Source of the DNA: a virus
IMG/VR virus record: IMGVR_UViG_3300031260_000108
Location: 1-35,442 of that record
DNA length: 35,442 nucleotides
Strand: one strand, 5' to 3'
Below are positions 9,845 to 18,270 of the stretch, piece by piece; positions within the stretch are counted from its first letter, which is position 1, and each line of letters begins with the position of its first letter. The notes beneath the pieces were generated by a model. That model saw only the letters and a list, made by a program, of their open reading frames with translations, was not told the origin of the DNA and did no database searches. The position numbers and the translations under genes are program-made.

Positions 9845-10423
9845 TATATCACCTCTTGGCGTGAACTTCATCTGGATTCTCAGCTTATCATTTGATGTGT
9901 ACGCATTGATGCGGTAGACGAGGCAGGATGGGCAGGCTGGTTTTTTCACTATGCTCACACCTGTCACGTCCCTGAAGCCTATGATGCGGTACCCATCCTC
10001 TACGGGTTCGGTTTCAACCTCTGCTTCTATACTGAAGGCCCTCATGAGGCCATCTTTGAGGAGTTGTGGGATGGCCTCTCCGTCAAATGTTATCTCTGTT
10101 GCGTGTACTCGTCCATTGCGGAGTTCAACCCCTGTAACCCTTCCAACCACGCCGTACCCGAGTTCCTTGAGTATCTCCAGGTCGTCCTGGTCCAGGTGGT
10201 CTATGGTGATGGGGAGGCCTCCGTCCTGGACCCTTGCAAGTATCTTCTCGTACACTTCATCTGCGAGTTCCTTGTCAGCGTAGACTTTCCCTGGTGTTCC
10301 ATCCAGGAATGGGTATATGACCCCGGGGGACCACATCACAGCATCAACTTTCATCCTCTGTGGCTCCCGTGTCTCTTCCTCGACTCTTTCTTCGTCTTTA
10401 ACGTCTTCAGACAATAGTATCAC
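9365..10423 (-). CDS. Prohead protease fused to scaffold
   Basis: N-terminal AFSIE and VSIVKKPA protease-type motifs; C-terminal acidic coiled coil. Confidence 0.75.
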   Translation of the reverse strand: MILLSEDVKDEERVEEETREPQRMKVDAVMWSPGVIYPFLDGTPGKVYADKELADEVYEKILARVQDGGLPITIDHLDQDDLEILKELGYGVVGRVTGVELRNGRVHATEITFDGEAIPQLLKDGLMRAFSIEAEVETEPVEDGYRIIGFRDVTGVSIVKKPACPSCLVYRINAYTSNDKLRIQMKFTPRGDIMKKEDEITESEVKAQEEVPPEDGGEGDTVELLPDLIDGINELINELDAMITRIQELQPVEDGKEAPAEEIAENLADDLKEKAAALNAKKLVEKYIEEGKVKPAETEAHIKLAMKAPAEYSKIMDEAPQVIEMSRMSRNPADMKEKEFYTYEEYRKRFHR

Positions 10424-11141
10424 CTCTTACAGTGCCAAGGACCTCCGCCTGGAGTTCTGGTGGCAGGTCGAAGACACTTGGCCAGTCCACTACGCACCTG
10501 CAGTTAGGGTGGAGTGGTGGGAGTTTATCCACTTCATCGGCTCTGAAGAATGATTCACCGTACCCGTAGAGTTCTGCGCAGTCTGGGCAGCAGTTAGGAT
10601 GGCTTATGACGCGGTAGTACTGGTTCGCGGGGTCTGCAAGGCCTCGCTGGTATTCGACCATGTTCCCTGCTCGGAGCATCTCTGTCCTCACGATAGTCCT
10701 TGACCTGAAAGTGGAGAGAGATTCATAGCGGCGTGGCAGTTCTGTCATCATCTCAGTGTAAGGTTTCTTCTCAGAGACCATCCTTGACATATGCTTGAGG
10801 ATGTCATCGCCAACCTCCCTGTTCACCTTCGCCATGTACCCTGAAATATCAGATTTGAGGACTTCATTGAAGAGTTCCTTCCTGAGGCCGAGTGGCATGT
10901 CATATGCTGTGAAGGCCCTCCCAACGCCGCTGATAACTTCTTCAATGCCTTTAACTGAGTATATTGGGTTAACCGCCTTCTTGAACACTTTCTCAATGAA
11001 TTCATCCTCGGTTTCGCAGCTCCTCAATTCTTTCTCCCATCGTTCAGCAGCAGCCTTGAAGGCCTTTTTAAGTTTTTTCTCCATGTCTCCGGTCACTGCA
11101 CGGACATGCAGCAGTTCTCGTCTCACCATCCTGCTTTTCAC
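10407..11141 (-). CDS. MuF/SPP1 gp7-like minor head protein
   Basis: RSRTIVRTE, CCPDC and PPLHPNCRC motifs; directly after portal. Confidence 0.9.
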   Translation of the reverse strand: MKSRMVRRELLHVRAVTGDMEKKLKKAFKAAAERWEKELRSCETEDEFIEKVFKKAVNPIYSVKGIEEVISGVGRAFTAYDMPLGLRKELFNEVLKSDISGYMAKVNREVGDDILKHMSRMVSEKKPYTEMMTELPRRYESLSTFRSRTIVRTEMLRAGNMVEYQRGLADPANQYYRVISHPNCCPDCAELYGYGESFFRADEVDKLPPLHPNCRCVVDWPSVFDLPPELQAEVLGTVRGDTIV

Positions 11142-12502
11142 CTGCCAGAGCCTTGCACGTGCCTCAGTAGATCGTCAAGACGTGATTCCATCTCAGGTAA
11201 ATCGCTGGCTGGGAGGTCCTCCAGGTCATTCACCGGTGCTACGCGGGTCTCAGGGGATAATGGGATTGATTCACCGGTAGCGTCCTGTATACTGTACTCG
11301 ATGAGCTTCTTGAACCACTCTGAATCAGTGTCAATCAGGAGGCCGGTCGCATAGCCCTGAAGGGCTTGCAGCAATTCAATCGTGTGTCTATCAGTGAACG
11401 TCTCAAACTCTATAAGCGGAGCAGATTTAACAGCATCCTCACCGAAATTGTACTCAACAAGGCGGAGGATAACTTCATTAATGGATCCGGCGATGTCCTT
11501 ATGTATACCCTCCAGGGCTGTCCTGAGAACAGACTCTTGGGTCATGGACTGCGCATAACTGCCGCTCGCCTTGTCGGATTGACCGAGCAGGAGGGTGCCT
11601 ATAAGGAACTGGCGGAGTATAACGTTATCATTGTACTTAATAAACTCAAAGAAGGCGTCACCATTCTTAGATGATTCAACAAGCTCGACACTGTCATCCT
11701 TACCCACAGTAATCTTCGTGAGGCCCTCATCAATCTTCTCCAAACTCCTCAGGAGGTCTTCCTTATTAGCAGGGTTGGAGACCTTCCCAACGAGGGTGGG
11801 GTTCTCATGTTTCTGCAAGAATATGAGGAGCCATCGCATCGCGTCCTCTTTGAATTGGACGTTATCATAGATCCCTGCAAGGATGCTCCGCCCACGAGGA
11901 TCATTGAAATGTGATTTGAAGCTGAAGAAGAGGAGTTTCTCCCGTGGGATGTACTCAGGGACATCCTCTTCATCCTGACGATGGTATGGGATGTTCTGTT
12001 TTAACCCCAGGAACTCGCCTGTATCATCATCGAAAACGAATGAATCATCATAGTAGACTGTTTCAGGGTGGATTGGCACAAGGTCGTCGATTGTGAGCAC
12101 AAGTTTCCCGTTTATCTCCTTTGTCGTGTAGATGATCTCATGGGCACTGAACCCATACAGGATGGCTGTGTAAATGTCGCGACGTAATCGCCTCTCAAAT
12201 CCGATGAGTCTCTCATAGATGTCTGAAACGAATGACTCAACATCCCCTCCCATATCCCCACGATCTTCACGACGATTCTTTTTGAGGGTCATCTGCCTGG
12301 AGAGGAGGAAGCTCTCAAATAGATGGTATGCTGTCTCGACCTGGGTGTCCCTCATCACATACTTTATCTGTTCAAGAGTCAGCTCCGAACCCATGATTGG
12401 CGGCCTCTCCCCACGGTACCCTCTAACACGTAATGGGGCGTCCCTTGAGTCCCTGCTGGTCACAGACCCGATAACAGACTTTATAGTATCAATAAAACTC
12501 AA
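11138..12502 (-). CDS. Portal protein (Mu gp29/DUF935-like)
   Basis: 454 aa after terminase; YGFSAHEI, PRGRSIL, SGSYAQS motifs. Confidence 0.9.
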   Translation of the reverse strand: MSFIDTIKSVIGSVTSRDSRDAPLRVRGYRGERPPIMGSELTLEQIKYVMRDTQVETAYHLFESFLLSRQMTLKKNRREDRGDMGGDVESFVSDIYERLIGFERRLRRDIYTAILYGFSAHEIIYTTKEINGKLVLTIDDLVPIHPETVYYDDSFVFDDDTGEFLGLKQNIPYHRQDEEDVPEYIPREKLLFFSFKSHFNDPRGRSILAGIYDNVQFKEDAMRWLLIFLQKHENPTLVGKVSNPANKEDLLRSLEKIDEGLTKITVGKDDSVELVESSKNGDAFFEFIKYNDNVILRQFLIGTLLLGQSDKASGSYAQSMTQESVLRTALEGIHKDIAGSINEVILRLVEYNFGEDAVKSAPLIEFETFTDRHTIELLQALQGYATGLLIDTDSEWFKKLIEYSIQDATGESIPLSPETRVAPVNDLEDLPASDLPEMESRLDDLLRHVQGSGR

Positions 12503-13875
12503 TATGTCACCCCATAACCTTTATAACGCCTACCTGAAGCCCCATACGGATCACCTGATGTTAAGTCAGCGACCTGGAGGTAGGCCCCGCTTAGAGCGTC
12601 CACCTGATCATCATGCACACCAGTCGATGGGAATGAGAGCAACTCCCTCGTGAAGGTGTAGAGCCATGGAGCATCCCTCTTAAGCCTTAACTGGGATGTC
12701 CTGAATGCTGGGAGGAGAGCCCGGGCCCGATCCAACTTACTTTTACCCTGGACAGGGGATCCGTCAAAGTTCACCCCAGCCAGGCGTCTGCGGAGGGATT
12801 CCATCACATACCTTGCAGAGGCTCCTCCCTCCAGTTCAGCCCGCGCCATGTATTTCTCCCTATAAACTTGAAAGTCGTTACGGATCGTTTGAATGATCAT
12901 ATCCTCAGCCTCCGCGGGTGAAAGCCTGAATCGGATGATATCCTCAAGGTAGAGGCTCCCTGAGTTGTCGAGGATTAGGAGTGCGCCTACTGTCCAGTCC
13001 GCACCACCACTTATAGAATCATCATTCTTGTCAGGTGTGGCTGCCAGGTCCCAGTACCTGACCGCGAGGCTGGTCTGTTCTGGTGTCGGTGTCTCATCAT
13101 AGAAGTCGATGATATCCTCAGTGAAGAGCCTGCCCTCTATCGTTGCTGACCAATCTCCATATTTGAGCTGTCGACGGGTGATCGGGTCGAGGAGGTCAAG
13201 GCTTTCCTCATAAGAGGCGTCGAGGTAGGGATTCTCAGTGTAACTGGATGGGAGGAATGGTGATGGGCCCTCAATGAATCGCTGTTTCACCCAGTCATGG
13301 CCCACACCTCCAGGGTTCGTAGCGGCCCTCGTCCTCAGCGGGACGGGGTTGTCCTCTGTCTTCCTGTTCCTGCTGAAGAGGAAGGTGTACTGTGACTCTG
13401 TGAACTCTGTGAGTTCATCAAAGCCTATGAACTGGAACTCTGAGGACTGGTATCGGCGTTTATCCCTCTCATGTTCAAGGTACCCGAAGGTGAGGGTCGC
13501 GCCGGATGGGAATTCCCATGTCTTGTTCTCAGCATTCCATTCAGCATCCGTTGGTGTTAACCATTCATCCGCACGATCCATGAGGGCACCTGGGAGAGCT
13601 AATTCCTTGTAAGTCCTCCTGAGTAGGAGTGCATGGTAGTCCGGGTACATGACGTATTGCAGGGCTGCCATGAGGAGGGCGTCAGACTTCCCTCCACCAG
13701 CCTGACCACCGTAGAGCAGTTCCCTGTCAAGCCTTGTGAGGAATATGGCCTGTTTGAGGAAGGGTTTATGTGGAATGTAAGGGTTCTTAAGGACTGTCTC
13801 AGTGAGGAAGTCTTTCTCAGCATCAGTAAATCCCCTCCGCGCCTTGATCCTCATCCGCACCATCCTCCAGTCCAA
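12499..13875 (-). CDS. terL: Terminase large subunit
   Basis: Walker A YGGQAGGGKS, Walker B IGFDELT, ATNPGG, RNase H-like YWDLA and HDDQVDALS. Confidence 0.96.
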   Translation of the reverse strand: MDWRMVRMRIKARRGFTDAEKDFLTETVLKNPYIPHKPFLKQAIFLTRLDRELLYGGQAGGGKSDALLMAALQYVMYPDYHALLLRRTYKELALPGALMDRADEWLTPTDAEWNAENKTWEFPSGATLTFGYLEHERDKRRYQSSEFQFIGFDELTEFTESQYTFLFSRNRKTEDNPVPLRTRAATNPGGVGHDWVKQRFIEGPSPFLPSSYTENPYLDASYEESLDLLDPITRRQLKYGDWSATIEGRLFTEDIIDFYDETPTPEQTSLAVRYWDLAATPDKNDDSISGGADWTVGALLILDNSGSLYLEDIIRFRLSPAEAEDMIIQTIRNDFQVYREKYMARAELEGGASARYVMESLRRRLAGVNFDGSPVQGKSKLDRARALLPAFRTSQLRLKRDAPWLYTFTRELLSFPSTGVHDDQVDALSGAYLQVADLTSGDPYGASGRRYKGYGVTY

Positions 13876-14347
13876 GTTCCTCCTCTAATTCTCTGAAGTA
13901 CTCCTCATAGTCCTCTATCTTCTCCCTGTTCACTTGCAGGACGCTGCTCTCAGTCCTGCTTGTGGCCTCGCCCTGGAGGAGGAGGGCTACTTTGATTACT
14001 CTTTCGAGGTCTCCGACGTCACGTATCATGACGACGCCTCGGCCCTCACGGAATTCCTCTATGGCCTGGTCGATGAGGTCGTTGAGAAAGGCGAGGTATT
14101 TGGTCTTGAAGTCTATGATGATTTCATGATTCCGTTCCTTGAATGTCTGTTTGATCTCGTAGCTGTCTATTGCCTGTCTTTCATCCCAGTTGAACCGTTT
14201 CTTCCAGTTCCAGATTGTTGCCTCTGATACGCCAACTCTTCGGGCTGTTTCTTTGACGCTGACGGTCTTTGTGTACCCTGCCTCGATGTGGGCGAGGTAA
14301 TGGTCGTATGCCTCCCTGTGCTTCTCTCCCTCACCCTTCATAACCAC
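13823..14347 (-). CDS. terS: Terminase small subunit
   Basis: N-terminal HTH (SVKETARRVGVSEATIWNWKKRFNW) directly upstream of terL. Confidence 0.8.
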   Translation of the reverse strand: MVMKGEGEKHREAYDHYLAHIEAGYTKTVSVKETARRVGVSEATIWNWKKRFNWDERQAIDSYEIKQTFKERNHEIIIDFKTKYLAFLNDLIDQAIEEFREGRGVVMIRDVGDLERVIKVALLLQGEATSRTESSVLQVNREKIEDYEEYFRELEEELGLEDGADEDQGAEGIY

Positions 14348-14383
14348 ACCTCTATACTTCGCTATATCAGGATATAATGAAGT

Positions 14384-14692
14384 TCAAAGCAGGATAGCCC
14401 TGAACCCGTAAACAGCCAGAGTAGTGAAAACAGAGATTATCACAGCCACATTAATCCGATAAAAGAGTCTAAGAGTCACATTAAGGCCATAAACCTCCTC
14501 ACGGAGACTTACAAGGTCATCATGGAGTCCATCGAGGCGTTCATAGATCTCATCATCAGTCTTCTCAAGGTCCTCGATACGCTCCTTCGTGAAGCCATTC
14601 ATAACATTCTTCTCCCTGAGAATGGCCTTAACCTCGGCGAGTTCCCTGCTAAGTCCTTTAACGTCATCGCATCCAATGTGATGGCTCCCCAC
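14384..14692 (-). CDS. Coiled-coil protein with C-terminal transmembrane helix
   Basis: Heptad pattern followed by hydrophobic INVAVIISVFTTLAVYGF. Confidence 0.65.
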   Translation of the reverse strand: MGSHHIGCDDVKGLSRELAEVKAILREKNVMNGFTKERIEDLEKTDDEIYERLDGLHDDLVSLREEVYGLNVTLRLFYRINVAVIISVFTTLAVYGFRAILL

Positions 14693-14708
14693 TCATCACC
14701 ACCCTTAA

Positions 14709-14930
14709 TCAGGCCTCATCCTGGCCCCCAATGTCTGAGGATTCCTCTCTGGGGAAGAAATAGTCATATGTGAATGCAAGTATCGAGAGCACAAGCGGAC
14801 TATATCCTGCAAGGCCCATTTTAGCCATGAAGGCCTCAATCAGGGCCGGATTACTCAGAAGGTACCCGTATACGACGACAACAACTCCTATGAGGTACGT
14901 GCTTAGTCTTCCATGGTCAACACTCATCAT
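14709..14930 (-). CDS. Small two-TM membrane protein (holin-like)
   Basis: Two hydrophobic segments and an acidic C-tail; RBS GGGTGAG. Confidence 0.55.
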   Translation of the reverse strand: MMSVDHGRLSTYLIGVVVVVYGYLLSNPALIEAFMAKMGLAGYSPLVLSILAFTYDYFFPREESSDIGGQDEA

Positions 14931-14947
14931 ATCTCACCCTACAAGAA

Positions 14948-15226
14948 TCAAATTATGGGTTCCCTGACACCCCAGTTCACATAGTTCTTCATGAAGACCT
15001 CGAGTATCAGTGGGAGGTACTCAACAGCATCCTCATCAATGTAGATGCAGACACCACCCCACTCATCAGGGATGAAACAGACGGCCACTCCGACAATAAG
15101 GGCCCCAAAGTTGAGTATGTCGCAGACCTCCACAGCGTCACGCTCAACCCACCCAAAACGATCCATAAAATCGATGAGTGCGGAGTTGAAGGCATCTAAA
15201 TGTTCCAGGATATCATCACTCACCAT
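14948..15226 (-). CDS. Hypothetical acidic protein
   Basis: 92 aa ORF with GGGGTGAG RBS, collinear with neighbours. Confidence 0.6.
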   Translation of the reverse strand: MVSDDILEHLDAFNSALIDFMDRFGWVERDAVEVCDILNFGALIVGVAVCFIPDEWGGVCIYIDEDAVEYLPLILEVFMKNYVNWGVREPII

Positions 15227-15243
15227 ATCTCACCCCAACAGAA

Positions 15244-15393
15244 TCAGAGGAGGCCCTCAGGTAGATCCATTCTCAACCCAGCAGTGTATGGATACACAGC
15301 GGCGAGGACAAGGCCACAGTCCTTGCAGACCATGTACCCATCCTCAGGGACATAATCCCTCCTCTGGGACCCGCATTGTGGACAAGGAGACAT
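15244..15393 (-). CDS. Stand-alone TFIIB/TFB-type zinc ribbon (start revised to 15393)
   Basis: CPQCG-x15-VCKDCGLVL matches TFB zinc-ribbon spacing; GGTGA RBS precedes the ATG at 15393. Confidence 0.75.
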   Translation of the reverse strand: MSPCPQCGSQRRDYVPEDGYMVCKDCGLVLAAVYPYTAGLRMDLPEGLL

Positions 15394-15403
15394 AACCTTC
15401 ACC

Positions 15404-15424
15404 AGGGGACTTGAATAGTCCCCT
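15404..15424. promoter_or_regulatory. 8-bp inverted repeat AGGGGACT-tgaat-AGTCCCCT upstream of the zinc-ribbon gene
   Basis: Seen directly in sequence; function unknown. Confidence 0.45.
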
Positions 15425-15462
15425 CCTACACTATAACGTAACACAGTCAAGGGACACACCCA

Positions 15463-15873
15463 CTACCGGGATAAGGAGGCCTGTATAGGCATATTCATAC
15501 GGTAAATCTTGAGGAGGTTCCTCAGGACCGCCGCGTATAGACCCACATCCACCCCATACTCTTTGAGGATACGATAATCCTCAAAGCGGATGGTGTAGGG
15601 GAGCCGGGACTCCAGGATGAAGACTGTGAGTGCAAGGAGCACCTGCTCCCATGAAGCCCTCCGGTGGAGGTCTGAGAGTTTCACCCTCTCCACGATCCAC
15701 ATCACCTCCTCCACATCACCCCTTGTGACCGGGAGGCTTGTCTTGGCATCGGATTCAAGGAATCGGCGGTACTGTGATAGTCTCCAGGACCTAACACCTT
15801 CCTTAGAGGAGTTCTTTGAGTTCCACTCTACAGGGGTGTTATTGTTCTTTGAGTTTGCTCTAGCATCCTTCAT
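15463..15873 (-). CDS. Protein resembling a single TFB cyclin-fold repeat
   Basis: LHRRASWEQVLLALTVFILE resembles the TFB repeat motif (L.RGRS.E.V.AA.LY..CR); adjacent to a TFB-type zinc ribbon. Confidence 0.45.
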   Translation of the reverse strand: MKDARANSKNNNTPVEWNSKNSSKEGVRSWRLSQYRRFLESDAKTSLPVTRGDVEEVMWIVERVKLSDLHRRASWEQVLLALTVFILESRLPYTIRFEDYRILKEYGVDVGLYAAVLRNLLKIYRMNMPIQASLSR

Positions 15874-16709
15874 TTAGCAGCACACTCCTCTGCAGCGTAG
15901 ATTGGGGTGTAGTAATACCCTGACTTGCTTTTCACTCGTTTTTTTCCTGTTTTCACCACGCCATCCACGCCACGTATGATTGCGGTGAATGCGTTGCGTT
16001 TCATGTACCTTGACTTTGAGAATTTAGCGTTATAATTGTTTAGCACGACCTCCTCGTAGATTTCTAAGGCTGTGGATGGCCCATTACATTCCAGGTAATT
16101 CCTTATGCATCCCTCAAAGTCCTTCCTGCTTGTGAGTGGTTGTAATTCAATGTAGTTGGTGTGCAGATCTTCAAGTATCTCTTCTGTTGTCTTTGTCTTG
16201 AATATTGCTGGTTTCCTGGGGTCCTTTGTGTTCCCTATGACGATCCAGCCCTTCCAGAACCAGCCCACCCTCGTGGAGCATTTGCGTGTGATCCAATTAT
16301 AGAGTGTGTGGTATGGTACCTTCACCTGCCGGGCGAGGGTTTTTGTAGTGTATCTGTCTGGGTTGTGATAGGCATCCCAGTGCCTTGCAAGGGTGTAGAA
16401 GGGGATTCTGTCAAAGACTTCCTGTATTGTCTTCGAGTCGGCCTTGTGGAGTGGTTTTTTTACTCTGTGTTTAGATCGTCTCAGGTATAGTACAGGTTCT
16501 TTATGAGGCTCTGAGGGTGGGTATGCGTCTCTTTTGATTTTCTCAGCGTATTCATAGATTTTATCCTTATTATCTATGAGGATCTCTCTTATCATCCCAG
16601 AGATGGGTGCTCCTGTCTCCTGTTTCACGTTTTTAAGTTCGTCGAGTAGCGTTTTAGGTAGTGTTATTGATATTAATGAGTACATCCAGACCCGCCCCTT
16701 ACACATCAT
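15870..16709 (-). CDS. Multi-domain DNA-binding protein (RHH + HTH + winged helix)
   Basis: ISITLPKTLLDELK..ISGMIRE (RHH); TKTLARQVKVPYHTLYNW (HTH); C-terminal wHTH-like segment. Confidence 0.7.
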   Translation of the reverse strand: MMCKGRVWMYSLISITLPKTLLDELKNVKQETGAPISGMIREILIDNKDKIYEYAEKIKRDAYPPSEPHKEPVLYLRRSKHRVKKPLHKADSKTIQEVFDRIPFYTLARHWDAYHNPDRYTTKTLARQVKVPYHTLYNWITRKCSTRVGWFWKGWIVIGNTKDPRKPAIFKTKTTEEILEDLHTNYIELQPLTSRKDFEGCIRNYLECNGPSTALEIYEEVVLNNYNAKFSKSRYMKRNAFTAIIRGVDGVVKTGKKRVKSKSGYYYTPIYAAEECAAK

Positions 16710-16887
16710 CCTCTCTGAGGTATTGTTCTTCGAGGTTCACGTAGCTGATGTAGTATTCGATCGAGTCTGTGATTATCTCGCTCATGCTTAGCTTCACATC
16801 TTCATCCTTAGCCAGTTTCACAATCTCCTTCATGTACTCGTAGAGGTACTCTGGGATTGTGACTGTTGTTCTCACCTTCTCCATCAT
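16699..16887 (-). CDS. Ribbon-helix-helix transcription regulator
   Basis: RTTVTIPEYLYEYMK...SMSEIITDSI. Confidence 0.8.
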   Translation of the reverse strand: MMEKVRTTVTIPEYLYEYMKEIVKLAKDEDVKLSMSEIITDSIEYYISYVNLEEQYLREDDV

Positions 16888-16915
16888 ATCTCACCCCATT
16901 AATTTCCTTAGAGGT

Positions 16916-17623
16916 CTATCCCTCCATATCAGGGTGCCTGTACTCTGGCCTAAGCACCCCATCAACATATGATGCCCCCAGATGATCGAATTCACTATCA
17001 AAATAGGTAACCCACCTCGTCTTATCATACCCGAGAAGCCCTGAATAATCATCATAATGTCTGAGCAGAGGCAGGCCTTCATGGTATATGTATGCATATA
17101 TGTCCTCAAAACTCCAATCCCTTAGAGGGTAAGCCTCATGGGGGTCTCTGCGCGTGTCCAGGATCCTCCTTGTTCTTTTCCATCGTTTACGTGATTCATC
17201 AGCCCTGAAACCGAGGAGGACGAGGTCGAAGCCGTTGGCATCTATCAGGGATTTAAGTTCCACCCAAAAACTTGGGGGGATGCCTGGGATTTCCCTCTGG
17301 CTCAGCCTCCAACCTTCCTTCACCTTGAGGACTTTAAGGTTCTCTTTTTTCGCTCCGATCTTCATAGCATTCCTGAGTATCCTGTCCTTGATGTTGCGCG
17401 GGACGAATGCTGGGCCCCAGTCAGTGTGAACAACGTCAACGTCCTTTTCTATGAGGAGGGTTAAATGGAGGAGGACTGTGCTGTCCTTCCCTCCGCTGAA
17501 TGCAACGTATGGACGCCTGTAATCTTTGAAGAGTTTCTTGATGAATCTGAGGGTTTGGGCTTTGAGTTCCAGGAACTCGTCCCGGGTTGCGTAGATCTTC
17601 ATGGCTTCCTTGAATTTCCTCAT
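16916..17623 (-). CDS. cysH: CysH/PAPS-reductase-like adenine nucleotide alpha hydrolase (type IV-B accessory)
   Basis: PP-loop FSGGKDS, GFRADES and YPLRDWS motifs; no Cys residue in the protein. Confidence 0.9.
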   Translation of the reverse strand: MRKFKEAMKIYATRDEFLELKAQTLRFIKKLFKDYRRPYVAFSGGKDSTVLLHLTLLIEKDVDVVHTDWGPAFVPRNIKDRILRNAMKIGAKKENLKVLKVKEGWRLSQREIPGIPPSFWVELKSLIDANGFDLVLLGFRADESRKRWKRTRRILDTRRDPHEAYPLRDWSFEDIYAYIYHEGLPLLRHYDDYSGLLGYDKTRWVTYFDSEFDHLGASYVDGVLRPEYRHPDMEG

Positions 17624-18270
17624 CTTAGACCATTCATCCTTAGGTTAGTCATTAATTCTGCTATCTGTTCGAATTCCTTTTCTATCGCGTAGCATACGGC
17701 TCCAAGGTTCTCCGCGGCCATTATAGTAGCCCCTGAACCTGCGAATGGGTCGAGGATGATATCCCCAGGGACTACATAATGGCTGAGGAGGTGAGTTATC
17801 ATCGCGGGCGGTTTCGCCCATCCCTGATGGACATGTTTCATCCTCGACCCACCAGGTTCGTTCAGGTAGTAGGATTCGTTCATGGTTGAGTATAAGGGTT
17901 TATCAGTTCTGATGTGTTTTCTGCCGCCATTGAGGTGTACGATGTGGTATGAGTTAGGTATGGGTGTGAATATGCGCTTATTCGGTTTAGGCTTCATTAT
18001 TATCGTGTAATAATAGTTAACATAGTCATAGAATTCCTTTGTCAGGACTTTAACCTGTTCTGTTGATAAACAGATGAATGCAGCCCACTCATCATCCATG
18101 CACCTGAGGGCCTTGTTAAGCCAACTGAAGTCGTAGAGGTCAAATGGTGGGTCTGTGAAGAGGATGCCGGCCTTCTTATCATTGAGGAGAAGCTGGTAGG
18201 TGTCATCGTTGAATGCATCGCCATGTATGACCCTATGATCCTTGATTGGTGTCACAGCACCTGTTATCAT
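17620..18270 (-). CDS. DNA amino-methyltransferase (N6A/N4C, beta class)
   Basis: Catalytic motif IV DPPF precedes SAM-binding DPFAGSG; KP motif (WAKPP). Confidence 0.88.
   Translation of the reverse strand: MITGAVTPIKDHRVIHGDAFNDDTYQLLLNDKKAGILFTDPPFDLYDFSWLNKALRCMDDEWAAFICLSTEQVKVLTKEFYDYVNYYYTIIMKPKPNKRIFTPIPNSYHIVHLNGGRKHIRTDKPLYSTMNESYYLNEPGGSRMKHVHQGWAKPPAMITHLLSHYVVPGDIILDPFAGSGATIMAAENLGAVCYAIEKEFEQIAELMTNLRMNGLR

Noticed and set aside
284-14967. Numerous + strand ORFs of 60-160 aa over the structural genes
   Set aside because: Antisense shadows of long minus-strand genes with clear motifs; no RBS or recognisable domains
16916-17623. cysH as a sulfur-metabolism auxiliary gene or DndC
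   Set aside because: No cysteines, and no dndA/B/D/E or sulfate genes nearby
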